From a virus: a stretch of DNA of 53,811 nucleotides. This document shows positions 1-8,666 of this stretch, in pieces; positions within the stretch are counted from its first letter, which is position 1; each line of letters starts with the position of its first letter. The translations under genes were made by a program, and so were the position numbers. The notes beneath the pieces are model-generated. The model had not been told where the DNA came from. It ran no database searches and was given only the letters and a program-made list of their open reading frames with translations. Where the stretch lies: the IMG/VR virus record IMGVR_UViG_3300045051_000148. The stretch is one strand, 5' to 3'.

Positions 1-127
1 TGCGGTCCATGATTTTCTTGAGGTCCTCGCCGTTGAGCGCCTGGGCCGCACGGTCGTACATCTGCTGCCAGGTGCCGATGCGCTCGTCCTTCTTCAGGAA
101 CGGCGTGGCCTCAAGCAGCGTGGCGTA
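1..127. repeat. Terminal direct repeat, copy 1 (identical to 53685..53811)
   Basis: Compared by eye: nt 1-127 equal nt 53685-53811 base for base. Both copies lie inside one open minus-strand frame, so the window is a closed circle (or terminally redundant molecule) cut inside a gene. Confidence 0.95.
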
Positions 128-607
128 CAGCAGCAGGTCCGGTGCGTACTCGGTGAGCCAGTTGGTCTGGAAGTCCTCGCCCAAAAAGCGCGGCTGCTCG
201 TAGTAGACCACCTCCAGCGTGCTCGCTGCAACCGGTGTGGGCGTGATCAGCCAGTGGTTGTAGTCGTAGTCGGCGTAAAACTGCGGTGCGCCGGTTTCGG
301 CCTCGTCGGGCCAGTAGTTGCGGCAGTACTCGTAGGAGCGCGCAAAAATCGGCGTTCCGTCAACGGTCATGCTCACCGTGTCGCGCCAGCGGTCGGGCTT
401 GCGGTAGGTGGCCACGCCAATCTGCAGGGGGGTCTGGACAGCGCGGATGAAGCCTTGAATCTTCAGCTCACGCGAGATGCGGCGCTCGCCCAGTGTGATC
501 AGGCGTGGCAGTTGCTCGTAGACAATCTGGTCGCTCTCAGCGGTGAAACCCCGCTCAAGGTAGCGGCGCACATCTTCAAGCAGGCTGCTGTACGTCATCG
601 TGTACAT
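1..607 (-). CDS. Junction-spanning virion protein, 5' part (full gene = 607..1 joined to 53684..53662, 209 aa); possible head-tail adaptor / tail tubular A-like
   Basis: Hand translation from ATG 607 (GGAG 5 nt upstream): MYTMTYSSLLEDVRRYLERGFTAESDQIVYEQLPRLITLGERRISREL...YADYDYNHWLITPTP... The frame is open to the window edge and continues in the duplicate copy to TGA 53662-53664. It is missing from the ORF track because there is no stop on this side. It is the first gene of a T7-like tail block. The functional call is weak. Confidence 0.7.
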   Translation of the reverse strand, partial: MYTMTYSSLLEDVRRYLERGFTAESDQIVYEQLPRLITLGERRISRELKIQGFIRAVQTPLQIGVATYRKPDRWRDTVSMTVDGTPIFARSYEYCRNYWPDEAETGAPQFYADYDYNHWLITPTPVAASTLEVVYYEQPRFLGEDFQTNWLTEYAPDLLLYATLLEATPFLKKDERIGTWQQMYDRAAQALNGEDLKKIMDR

Positions 608-660
608 GGGGACTCCAGTAGGGTGTGAAGCCGCTGGTCCAGCAGGCGCTGTGTTGCAGA

Positions 661-690
661 ATTATAGGCTGGGCGGCCGCCAGGAGGCAA
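661..690 (-). promoter_or_regulatory. Sigma-70-like promoter candidate upstream of the junction-spanning gene
   Basis: Minus strand reads TTGCCT-18 nt-TATAAT (-35 at 685-690, -10 at 661-666) in the 91-bp gap between the holin stop and the next start. The extended -10 CCTATAAT recurs at 11730. Confidence 0.35.
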
Positions 691-698
691 ACAGGAGA

Positions 699-1112
699 TC
701 ACCGCGCCACACCCTTGGTTTTCTCGAACGACCGCATGCCAGCGATGCCCAGGATGCCAGAGAGGATCACCCAAAGCTGATCAGCGTCCAGGACCGGTGG
801 TGGAGTCAGCTCTTTGGGAATCCAGCCCATGCCCTGCAGGTAGGTCCAGACCCAGAGCATCAGCGGGTAAAGCAGAAATTGGTAGGCCATGGCCGCCGCG
901 CCAATCCAGCCGATCGCGGGTCGCCATCCGGCGACAAAAACGCTGCTGTGCGCGGCCTCGGCCTTGTTGACCTCAATCTGCGCCAGGTCGATGGCCTGGT
1001 CGAGCTTGCGGCCCTCCAGCTCCAGCTGCATGCGCTCTTTTTCCGTGGTGATCAGGTCGCCAGCCACCTTGCCGACGGACTCGATCATGCTTCCAATGCC
1101 CAGGATATTCAT
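699..1112 (-). CDS. Holin, 3-TM GTA-type family
   Basis: 137 aa. ATGA overlap with the endolysin stop. ...LAQIEVNKAEAAHSSVFVAGWRPAIGWIGAAAMAYQFLLYPLMLWVW... plus hydrophobic segments match my recollection of the 'holin of 3TMs for gene-transfer release' family (PF11351). Confidence 0.7.
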   Translation of the reverse strand: MNILGIGSMIESVGKVAGDLITTEKERMQLELEGRKLDQAIDLAQIEVNKAEAAHSSVFVAGWRPAIGWIGAAAMAYQFLLYPLMLWVWTYLQGMGWIPKELTPPPVLDADQLWVILSGILGIAGMRSFEKTKGVAR

Positions 1113-1627
1113 GTGACGTCCTTCAGTGTGCGGTTAATCCAGCCGAGCAGGAACTTGGCCTGCGTGCGGTCGCGGGTCACAATATCCCGGTACCGGGCGA
1201 TCTTGGCCAGGGCGTAGGCCATGACGAATTTCTCGGGGTCGTAGGCGTTGAGAGCCTGCAGCGTGCGCTGACCGAAAGAGCCGTCGGGCGTTGCGCCAAC
1301 CACCAGCTGCGCGAGCTTGACGGCCACGGTGGGCCGCTTGGGCGCACTGGAGTTGACGGCAAAGCTGAAAATCGAGGTCGCGATTTGCTGGTGGGCGATG
1401 TGATCGCCCATGATGGGCAGCCAGTAGTTGGTGTGGTACCAGTTGCGCACCATCGGCGTTGGCGGCGTCTCCCCCCGGTCGATGAACCCCCAGCCCTCCC
1501 AATCGGGGTTGAAGTTCCTGGCGATGCCTGCGTAGGTTTGGCCACCCCGGTCGCCTGGGACGTTGTGCAGCACGTAGCCGCCCTCGTCTCGAATCATGGA
1601 CTCAAAAGCTGGCAGAAAATCAGCCAT
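1109..1627 (-). CDS. Endolysin, glycoside hydrolase family 108 muramidase with PG_binding_3-like C-terminal domain
   Basis: 172 aa. The N-terminal EGGYVLHNVPGDRGGQTYAGI motif is typical of GH108. The C-terminal half resembles the peptidoglycan-binding domain that normally follows it. Confidence 0.85.
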   Translation of the reverse strand: MADFLPAFESMIRDEGGYVLHNVPGDRGGQTYAGIARNFNPDWEGWGFIDRGETPPTPMVRNWYHTNYWLPIMGDHIAHQQIATSIFSFAVNSSAPKRPTVAVKLAQLVVGATPDGSFGQRTLQALNAYDPEKFVMAYALAKIARYRDIVTRDRTQAKFLLGWINRTLKDVT

Positions 1628-1715
1628 AAATCACCTCAAATCCAATTTTGACGGACCAAAGCACCACACCGACGATCAGGACGGCGGCGATCAGTGCTTC
1701 GGCCCAGTCTCTCAT
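1620..1715 (-). CDS. 31-aa single-TM miniprotein in lysis cassette (candidate holin modulator / lysis accessory)
   Basis: Hand-translated MRDWAEALIAAVLIVGVVLWSVKIGFEVIYG, below the ORF-track cutoff. Its ATG overlaps the stop of the 116-aa gene (ATGA). Its stop overlaps the endolysin start (ATGGCTGA). Confidence 0.45.
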   Translation of the reverse strand: MRDWAEALIAAVLIVGVVLWSVKIGFEVIYG

Positions 1716-2062
1716 GCTGACCAGGGCAGGGGTGGTGTCACCACAGGCGAATTGATCGCGTTGGCGATCTGCGTGGCGACGGCCGACTCGGTGGCGAATT
1801 TGTCCACGCCGTTGGCCCAGATCCAGCCGAGGACCTGAGCTTCGGTGAGCTGGTCGTAGGGCGTGAACGCTGAGCCGGTTGGCGCAGGCAGCGAGCAGGT
1901 GCCATACACGGAGCCGTTGTAGGTCTTACCGTTGACGGTCTGGGCTCCGGAGCAGGTCCAGTGAACGGTAAAAACCACATCGGTTTCGCCATCGGCCTGC
2001 GGGTAGCAGTCCATAGCGGTGACGTCCCAGGTCATGGTGATGGAGGTGAGGGTGTCGGTCAT
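1712..2062 (-). CDS. Hypothetical protein (tail-fibre-adjacent)
   Basis: 116 aa, ATG start preceded by CTGAAAGGAAC. Protein-like composition. No domain recognised. Confidence 0.7.
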   Translation of the reverse strand: MTDTLTSITMTWDVTAMDCYPQADGETDVVFTVHWTCSGAQTVNGKTYNGSVYGTCSLPAPTGSAFTPYDQLTEAQVLGWIWANGVDKFATESAVATQIANAINSPVVTPPLPWSA

Positions 2063-2073
2063 GGTGGTTCCTT

Positions 2074-3972
2074 TCAGTTTGATTCGAGTGCCGCGACACG
2101 GGCGGTCAGGGTTTGGATGATGGCTTGCTGTTCTTGGATGGCGGCAGTCAACGTTGCAACCAAGAAACTGGTGTCGATGCCCTGGTACTGTGGGTTGCCT
2201 TCGGCATCCACTGCGTCCTTCTCGCCTGTCACAGCAGCAGGGCAGACTTCGGCCAGTTCGTGAGCAATGAAGCCCTCTCCATCGGAGCCGTCAGACTTCC
2301 ATTTGTACGTCACCGGCTTAAGGGCTGCGACCTTAGCCAGCGCACCAGTCATGGGCTGGACGTTCTCTTTCAGGCGGTAATCGGATGATGTGTTGTACGC
2401 AACAGCGGTGGTTCCGTTTTGAGTAATGCCCCCAATTGATCCGCCGTTGTAAGCGAAGAAAGTGTACGCAGAGCCTGACACTGTACCGTTAGCGTGGTTG
2501 ACAACAACAACACCGCCGGGGCCATTCTTTTGCAGAGCAACCGAATCGCTATTTGTCAAACCAGCACTCGTCGTCCCCACCAGCAGATTCCCGCTGCTGT
2601 CGATGCGGGCGCGTTCTGTGCCGCCTGTCGAAATTGCTACGTTGTTTGTACCGACACCGTAGATGCCGTTGTTGAAGTTTCCGACTGTTCCGGTAAAGAA
2701 GATGCCGCTTGTCGATTGGGTGTAAATGTTTCCCGCAAGAAAATTAACGTTACCAGAGGAGTCGATGAGAGTGCGAGCTGTACCGTCGTTGTTGGAGAAT
2801 ACAAGTGATGGTGCTGCGGAGTCTGTTGCCCCTATGTAATACCCTTGACCGACCTGCGCTCTCGTATTGTTGTAAGCAACGTGAACGGCGTAAACCGAAT
2901 CATTGGAGCCGAAGTAAGAACGCCCGCCCGCAACTTGAAGCCTTGCGTTGCTTGCAAAGGAGGTGGTTCCGAGGCCAAGGTTTCCGGAGTCGGTCAATGC
3001 CAGACGCACAGTTGATGTCGCGTTATCGATAAACGCCAATATCTTGTCATCAACAGCGGCGGCATCAACAGCAATCTTCCATGTCTGTGTGCTGTTCCTG
3101 TTAAGCAACGCAAGCGCAGTTGGATTGCTTGCGCTTTCTTGCAAAGTGAGTTTAGTGCCCGATACAGGCGAACTCGTCCCAATACCCAGACCTGTGGAGG
3201 TCAGGCGCATTTGTTCGGTGTTGTTGACCGTGAACAGAATGGGCTGATTGCTCAGTGTGGCAAAGTCAAGCAAATACGCAGACGAGGTAACTCTGGAATA
3301 CGAAATGTCGGGGCGAGATTCAAGTGTGGCAATGTTTGATGTTGTTACCGCTTCTAAAATGGTCTGTCCAGACGTTCCTCTGGATGTAACCTTTGCACCA
3401 CCGATTGCGCTAACTTGCAGCGTATTCGTCCCATCAAACGTCAGCGCACTCCCCGTGGTCAGTACTTTGGAGCCGTTCAAATACGCGACCCCGTTTGCTG
3501 TGCCGCCCGAGAGCGTTACAGCATTCGAGACAGTCAGCGCGTTGGCGGTCAGCGTGGTGCCGTCAAACGTGAGGTTTGCGCTGTCTTGCAGCAGGCCGCC
3601 GGTGCCTGCGTAGGTCACGCGGCCAGAGGTCAGGCCGGAAAACGTGATCGAGCCCGACGAGGTCAGTCCGGTGAGTCCGGTGAGCACGCCCGCGTCGCTG
3701 AGAACACCCACCGAGTTTTGCACCAGCTTGCCCGTGGTGCCATCGAAACGCACCAGTGCGTTGTCGGTCGAGCTGCCTGGGCCGACCACATCACCAGCGG
3801 AGCCAGCGGCCGTTGCCAGCACGCGAACCACGCCGCCGTTGTCCTTGTAGAACAGCTTGCCGTCGGTAATGTTCACGGCCAGCTCGCCAGCGGCCAGGTT
3901 GCCTGCCGATGGGGTCGCCGCAGCGGTGGTGCTGTAGTACAACTGGATGGGTGTGTAGCCTGCCTGAGACAT
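2074..3972 (-). CDS. Tail fibre/spike protein with C-terminal peptidase S74 intramolecular chaperone domain
   Basis: 632 aa, Gly/Ser/Thr-rich beta repeats. The C-terminus SSDYRLKENVQPM...PVTYKWK...GFIAHELAEVCPAAV...ALESN matches the S74 autoproteolytic chaperone module. Confidence 0.85.
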   Translation of the reverse strand: MSQAGYTPIQLYYSTTAAATPSAGNLAAGELAVNITDGKLFYKDNGGVVRVLATAAGSAGDVVGPGSSTDNALVRFDGTTGKLVQNSVGVLSDAGVLTGLTGLTSSGSITFSGLTSGRVTYAGTGGLLQDSANLTFDGTTLTANALTVSNAVTLSGGTANGVAYLNGSKVLTTGSALTFDGTNTLQVSAIGGAKVTSRGTSGQTILEAVTTSNIATLESRPDISYSRVTSSAYLLDFATLSNQPILFTVNNTEQMRLTSTGLGIGTSSPVSGTKLTLQESASNPTALALLNRNSTQTWKIAVDAAAVDDKILAFIDNATSTVRLALTDSGNLGLGTTSFASNARLQVAGGRSYFGSNDSVYAVHVAYNNTRAQVGQGYYIGATDSAAPSLVFSNNDGTARTLIDSSGNVNFLAGNIYTQSTSGIFFTGTVGNFNNGIYGVGTNNVAISTGGTERARIDSSGNLLVGTTSAGLTNSDSVALQKNGPGGVVVVNHANGTVSGSAYTFFAYNGGSIGGITQNGTTAVAYNTSSDYRLKENVQPMTGALAKVAALKPVTYKWKSDGSDGEGFIAHELAEVCPAAVTGEKDAVDAEGNPQYQGIDTSFLVATLTAAIQEQQAIIQTLTARVAALESN

Positions 3973-3990
3973 GATGTTTCCTCTCGAAAT

Positions 3991-6537
3991 TTAGAACGTG
4001 CCGCCGGAGATACCCGACCACACTGGTGTGCCTGCGCCAGCCGAAGTGAGCACCTGCCCCGCCGTGCCGTTGGCGATAAACCCGGTCGCGCCTGCGCCGG
4101 TCTGATACGGGATCTGAGACGCTGCGCCGCCTGCCAAGTTGGTGGCCGACGTTGCGTTGCCGGACAGCGATGCCGTGATTGTCCCCGCGCTGAAATTCCC
4201 GGAGGCGTCGCGCGCCACGACCTTGGAGGCCGTGTTGGCTGATGTTGCGTCCACAGCAAACGTGCGCGCGGCTGATCCGTCAAACGTGCCCGTGGAGGTC
4301 AGGAACGCGCCTGCGGTCAGCGCGTTGGCCACCGAGCCAACACCGGTCACAGAGCCGGGTGCGATGTTGGTCCAGAATGTTCCGTTGTACTGGATCAGGT
4401 TGTTGGTGGCCAGGGTGTTGAACTGCACGTTCGAGTCCGTGCCGCCCAGGACGCTGCCAGGGTTCACCAGGACAAAGAACGAGCCCGAGCCGCCAGAGCC
4501 TGCGTGCGTGATGATGCCGAGCTGCACCTTGATGCCGGGCGCGGACGGCTTGACCTTTGTCGGGTTGCCCGTCGTCGGGTTGTACCAGATCACATCGCCG
4601 TCGGCCCAGGTTTCGCCGTAGGCCGAGCCGTTGGTTGTGATGCCGCGAACGAGGCCGTAGGTGGTGATGCGGCCAAAACCGTTGTTGGCGATCGGCTCAG
4701 TGGCGATGCCAAGGATCAGGTTGCCGTCCGTCAGTCCGGCCACTGTCGGGGCAAAGGTGATTTCGCCGGATGCGCCCACGGTGCCCGTTTGGTAGACGAT
4801 TTTCAGCGGGCTGTCACTGATCGTTGCCGAGGCCTTGCCGTAGACGAAAAGCTCCTCGCCGACCTGCTGGGTGATGTTGCCATTGCCCATGCCAAAGTTC
4901 AGCGAGCCGGTCGATCCGTTGTACCACATGCGCCCTGCGGCCAGGGTTACGGCAGCGCCGTTGTTGAACTGGATGTACGGGTTGGCGTTGTCGATCGTGA
5001 GCGCCGACATGGTTGCGCCGTCGGCAAACACCAGCTTGCCCGAGCCCGTCTCGTCGGTCATCGCTGCTGCCAGGTTGGCAGACGACGGCGTGGCCGCCCA
5101 GGTTCCAACGGCAGGCACCGAGAACGAAATCGTGCCGGTCGTCGTGATCGGGCCGCCAGTCAACCCGGTACCGGTGCCAACGCTGGTCACGGTGCCCAGA
5201 GGGTTCGTGGACCAATCAAAAGCCGTGCCATTCCAGCGCAGGAAGGTGTCGGTAACGGTCGGGGCGGTGATGAACCCGGTCGCACCCGAGCCGGTCTGGT
5301 AGGCGATCCTATTGGCCGCGCCGCCAGCAAGGTTCGTGGCCGAGGCCGCGTTGCCGCTGATGCCGATGTTCCACGTGCCCGTCGCGTCGGTGCCGTCCGC
5401 CTTGGGCGCGCCGACCGTGTTGTAGGAGATCGTGGCGGTCGCGCTGCCGTTGTAGGTCTGCCCCGGGCTTGCGCCGCCGGTGGTGTTGAACGTGATCGCG
5501 TTGGCCACCGAGCCAGCCTGGCCCGTGGTGTTTTGGTTGAGCACCGGGACGTCTGAGACCTGGATGGCGGACATCACCACATTCGTGCCGTCGCCGCGCA
5601 GGAACTGAGCCGTTGTCACCGCACCGGCCAGCGTGTTCATAGCCGCCTGGCGCGTGGTCTGGCCCGTGCCGCCCTTGGCGATGCTCACGACGGGCAGGTC
5701 GTCGTTGACCAGCGCCCGGAAGGTCGGGTCGGCGTTGGGGCCCGATGCCGGTCCGCCGAAAAACTGGTTTGCCGGTACAGGGGCCACGATCAGCGTGGAG
5801 CCCCAGGTGGGAGCGCCGCTGCCGCCGGACACCAGCACTTGGCCAAGGGTACCAGCCGTGCCAACATACAAACCGTCCGCGCCTGACCAGATCACCGCGC
5901 CGGGCTGCATCACCAGGCTGCGGCTGGTACCGCCCTGGTCGATGGGCAGGATGCCGTCGATCTGCGTCTGGTCGGCCAGGTCAACAGCCGGGTGGCGGTG
6001 GTCTGAGCGCGAGAGGGTAAGCGCCGTACCGGCCGAGCCAGATCCTGTGCCTGTCAGCGGAGTGCCCCCATATGAAACCGCAAGGGTGACGTTCGAGGAC
6101 AGCGGCCCGCCGCCCGTGAGGCCGTTTCCGGCGATCACCTCGCGGCTGGTGGGCACGTAGCCCGAAATCGACAGCGGAACGGTCGTGGCGGCCGTCACGC
6201 GGCCAGTGGCGTCCACGGTGACCTGGGGAACATTCGAGCCATCACCATACACACCAGGCGTCACGCCCGAGGCGGCCAGCTGCGTGGTGCCAATACCACC
6301 TGGGGCAACCGACAGGGTCACGTTCGAGGACAGCGCACCGCCGCCCGTAAGCCCCGTGCCAGCAATCACCTGGCGCGAGGTCGGAACACCGGCCACCTGC
6401 AGCAGGTCACCGGCGCGGATTTTGTACGTCACGCCCTGATAGACGCCAACAAGCAGCGTGTCCTCCGAAGGCAGCGTCACTGGAACCGGCAGGTTCGTGA
6501 TGCTGATCGGGATGAGGTTTGATGGGACTTGGGCCAT
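3991..6537 (-). CDS. Long tail fibre protein
   Basis: 848 aa. Internal duplicated motif (ASATNLAGGAANRIAYQTGSGATGFI / TSATNLAGGAASQIPYQTGAGATGFI) and GGTG/GGTS fibre motifs. It ends ...SGISGGTF, like the 399-aa protein at 52466. Confidence 0.8.
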   Translation of the reverse strand: MAQVPSNLIPISITNLPVPVTLPSEDTLLVGVYQGVTYKIRAGDLLQVAGVPTSRQVIAGTGLTGGGALSSNVTLSVAPGGIGTTQLAASGVTPGVYGDGSNVPQVTVDATGRVTAATTVPLSISGYVPTSREVIAGNGLTGGGPLSSNVTLAVSYGGTPLTGTGSGSAGTALTLSRSDHRHPAVDLADQTQIDGILPIDQGGTSRSLVMQPGAVIWSGADGLYVGTAGTLGQVLVSGGSGAPTWGSTLIVAPVPANQFFGGPASGPNADPTFRALVNDDLPVVSIAKGGTGQTTRQAAMNTLAGAVTTAQFLRGDGTNVVMSAIQVSDVPVLNQNTTGQAGSVANAITFNTTGGASPGQTYNGSATATISYNTVGAPKADGTDATGTWNIGISGNAASATNLAGGAANRIAYQTGSGATGFITAPTVTDTFLRWNGTAFDWSTNPLGTVTSVGTGTGLTGGPITTTGTISFSVPAVGTWAATPSSANLAAAMTDETGSGKLVFADGATMSALTIDNANPYIQFNNGAAVTLAAGRMWYNGSTGSLNFGMGNGNITQQVGEELFVYGKASATISDSPLKIVYQTGTVGASGEITFAPTVAGLTDGNLILGIATEPIANNGFGRITTYGLVRGITTNGSAYGETWADGDVIWYNPTTGNPTKVKPSAPGIKVQLGIITHAGSGGSGSFFVLVNPGSVLGGTDSNVQFNTLATNNLIQYNGTFWTNIAPGSVTGVGSVANALTAGAFLTSTGTFDGSAARTFAVDATSANTASKVVARDASGNFSAGTITASLSGNATSATNLAGGAASQIPYQTGAGATGFIANGTAGQVLTSAGAGTPVWSGISGGTF

Positions 6538-6540
6538 TTT

Positions 6541-6855
6541 TTAATCCACAACGAACAGGAAGCGTTGCCCGTCCTCAGAAACGATGAACTGCGTGCCGTC
6601 CTGCGTGATCAGGCCCGAAGGATTGGTCGTCAACGGCACATCCGGGCGCACGAACGGCAGCACGATCTGGTCCTCTTGGCGCGGGGCCAGGCGGTACGGA
6701 TCGTAGTTGTCCGTGTCCTCCTTGCAGACCATGAGCGCCGGAAAGTTGGGATCCGGGTTGAGCTCGGCGATCTTGAACTTTCGAGAGCAGCGAGCACAAA
6801 TGCCCAACCCATACGTCGGGTCGCTTGCATCTGGGACGATGAACTTGCCGCTCAT
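6541..6855 (-). CDS. Hypothetical Cys-containing small virion-module protein
   Basis: Track ORF 6541..6942 trimmed to the ATG at 6855, which overlaps the upstream stop (ATGA). 104 aa, MSGKFIVPDASDPTYGLGICARCSRKF... Confidence 0.65.
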   Translation of the reverse strand: MSGKFIVPDASDPTYGLGICARCSRKFKIAELNPDPNFPALMVCKEDTDNYDPYRLAPRQEDQIVLPFVRPDVPLTTNPSGLITQDGTQFIVSEDGQRFLFVVD

Positions 6856-7844
6856 TTCGTGTAGCACCCAATACCGGGGTTGATGTAAGTCGGCGAGCCG
6901 TCGTTGTCGCCGTCCCAGGCGGCCTGGCGGGCGGCGTACCATTTCTGCTCAAGCATGGCGACCAGGGATGGGTCCACGGCTGGGGTTTCAGCGCCGACAC
7001 GCGCAGACAAACCAGCGGTAATGGCCTCCAGCCAGCGCTGGGGAACCTCGACGTCTTGCCGCAGGTTCTCGGTGTCCATGATGTGGCGGTGACGCCACAC
7101 GATCAGCTGCTGGTGCTCAGCGGCGGCATTCGGAGACGGCCAGAGGTTCATCACCGGCCGGGGCAGGTCGCGCTGGAACCAGTAGGTCAGCGGACGGCCC
7201 ATGAACACCTTGTTGCTCTGCGCCACGTAGGTGTCGCGGTTGAGCGAGCCCATGGGGATTTCCTGCGGCAGTGTGCCGAGGTACACCTCGCTGAGCAGCA
7301 TCGGGCTGCTGCTGGTAATGCGAAACAGCCGCTTGGCCATCGCCGGGACGATATCCGTCCAAGTCCACTCGCCAGCGGTTGCGATCGTGTTTTGCGTTTC
7401 AACCGTGGTCCAGACCAGGCCGTCGTTGCTGGTCTGGAAGGTCACGTCCACGGACGCGCCGGTCCACTTCATGCCCACCGTGTTGACGGTTCCCACGCCG
7501 CCGTCCTGGTCGTTGAAGTCGACGGTGTAGCTGGTCGGCAGGGACACCGTTGCGCCGGTCAGCTCCTGCAGCGTGCGCAGGTTGGCGTTGAGCACCTCGA
7601 CGGTGCCGTTGTCCAGCGTGACGATGGGCTGGCCTTCGTAGAAGGGGTAGATCTGGCGCTGAATGCACCAGCTGGGGGTTTTCGTGTTGGCAAGCTCGCT
7701 GAGCAGCAGGTACAGCGACTCAAGCGCGTAGGCCTGCATTTCGGACGTGATGGCCTGGGCAGGCAGGCGGCAGCGCCGGAAAGCGTGATCGACGACTTTC
7801 AGGGCGTTGAATGTTGTGCTGCTGATGCTGCCGGAAAAGGCCAT
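6852..7844 (-). CDS. Virion structural protein (possible adaptor/tail-hub component)
   Basis: 330 aa, GGAG upstream. Lies between head-associated small genes and the tail fibres. No family recognised with confidence. Confidence 0.7.
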   Translation of the reverse strand: MAFSGSISSTTFNALKVVDHAFRRCRLPAQAITSEMQAYALESLYLLLSELANTKTPSWCIQRQIYPFYEGQPIVTLDNGTVEVLNANLRTLQELTGATVSLPTSYTVDFNDQDGGVGTVNTVGMKWTGASVDVTFQTSNDGLVWTTVETQNTIATAGEWTWTDIVPAMAKRLFRITSSSPMLLSEVYLGTLPQEIPMGSLNRDTYVAQSNKVFMGRPLTYWFQRDLPRPVMNLWPSPNAAAEHQQLIVWRHRHIMDTENLRQDVEVPQRWLEAITAGLSARVGAETPAVDPSLVAMLEQKWYAARQAAWDGDNDGSPTYINPGIGCYTK

Positions 7845-7927
7845 GCTAACTCCGTATTTGGTCGTCAGATGGCCGCCGATTCAGCGCGCCCGTGGGGGTT
7901 GGGGAATTGTAGATCAAGAGGTCACAA

Positions 7928-7945
7928 GGCGGCAAACATGCCGCC
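7928..7945 (-). terminator. Stem-loop after Lys-rich protein gene
   Basis: GGCGGCA-TGTT-TGCCGCC (7-bp stem) 10 nt after the stop at 7956 on the minus strand, followed by TTGTGA. The U-tract is poor. Confidence 0.35.
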
Positions 7946-7955
7946 CTGCTCTCGA

Positions 7956-8654
7956 TCAACGCTTGGCAGCCTTGCGGCCTTCGGACAAAGCAATTGCAAT
8001 CGCTTGCTTGGGCTTCGTCACGACCGGGCCCTTTTTGCCCGAGTGCAGCTCGCCCGCCTTGAACTCGCTCATCACCTTGCCGACCTTGGCCTGGCTAACC
8101 TTGCCGCCTGACTTCATGGCCAGCATCGGCTCACGGGGAGCGACGGGCACCATCTTGCGCATCGGGGCCTCGACCTTGCGGCGGGTCTCCATCGCCTCGC
8201 GGCGCATGGTGGGCGTGGCCGCCATCTCGCGCTTATCCATGGCCTCCATGCGGGGCATCTTGGCTTGGCCGCCCTTGGCCAGCTTGAGCGTGGGCAGGTC
8301 CGGCGCCACAGGCTTGGAGCCTTTGATGCCAGGGTTTTTGTTGCCCTTGATGCCCAGCTTGCTGTCGTCCTTGAGCATGTTGTTGCCCACGAACCCAGGG
8401 GCCTCGACCTTGCCGCCTTTGGCCAGCTTGGTCAGCGGCTCGCCCTTGTGCAGCGCCTTCTCGTGCTTGTGCACGGCTTTGGCCACGACCTTCTTGTCCA
8501 TCGCCACATCGCTGTGGACCTTGCCGCCCTCAGCGTAGCAGGCACCGCCCTTGGCGTAGCCCTTGCCAGACACCTTGCCGCCCATGGCGTACTTCACAGA
8601 GCCGTCTTTGCCCTTGGTGCCGAAATCAAACTCTTTGACGTATTTGCAGCCCAT
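7956..8654 (-). CDS. Lys-rich repeat protein with DUF6496-like C-terminus (possible internal/DNA-associated virion protein)
   Basis: The track start is TTG 8666. ATG 8654 has a GGAGAG SD. 232 aa with repeated (A/M/E/S)(K)GGKV units. The C-terminus KVGKVMSEFKAGELHSGKKGPVVTKPKQAIAIALSEGRK resembles DUF6496. Confidence 0.7.
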   Translation of the reverse strand: MGCKYVKEFDFGTKGKDGSVKYAMGGKVSGKGYAKGGACYAEGGKVHSDVAMDKKVVAKAVHKHEKALHKGEPLTKLAKGGKVEAPGFVGNNMLKDDSKLGIKGNKNPGIKGSKPVAPDLPTLKLAKGGQAKMPRMEAMDKREMAATPTMRREAMETRRKVEAPMRKMVPVAPREPMLAMKSGGKVSQAKVGKVMSEFKAGELHSGKKGPVVTKPKQAIAIALSEGRKAAKR

Positions 8655-8666
8655 GTTTCTCTCCAA

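Noticed and set aside
1-628. Plus-strand ORFs 9..203, 254..628 and 600..1217 at the window start
   Set aside because: They are antisense to the junction-spanning gene and the holin. Their composition is shadow-frame-like, and the minus frame is continuous with the other end of the window.
4071-5360. Diversity-generating retroelement (template/variable repeat) in the tail fibre
   Set aside because: The two ~95-nt related segments (about 4071-4165 and 5265-5360) differ at all base types, not only adenines. They lie within one ORF, and no reverse transcriptase gene exists anywhere in the genome.
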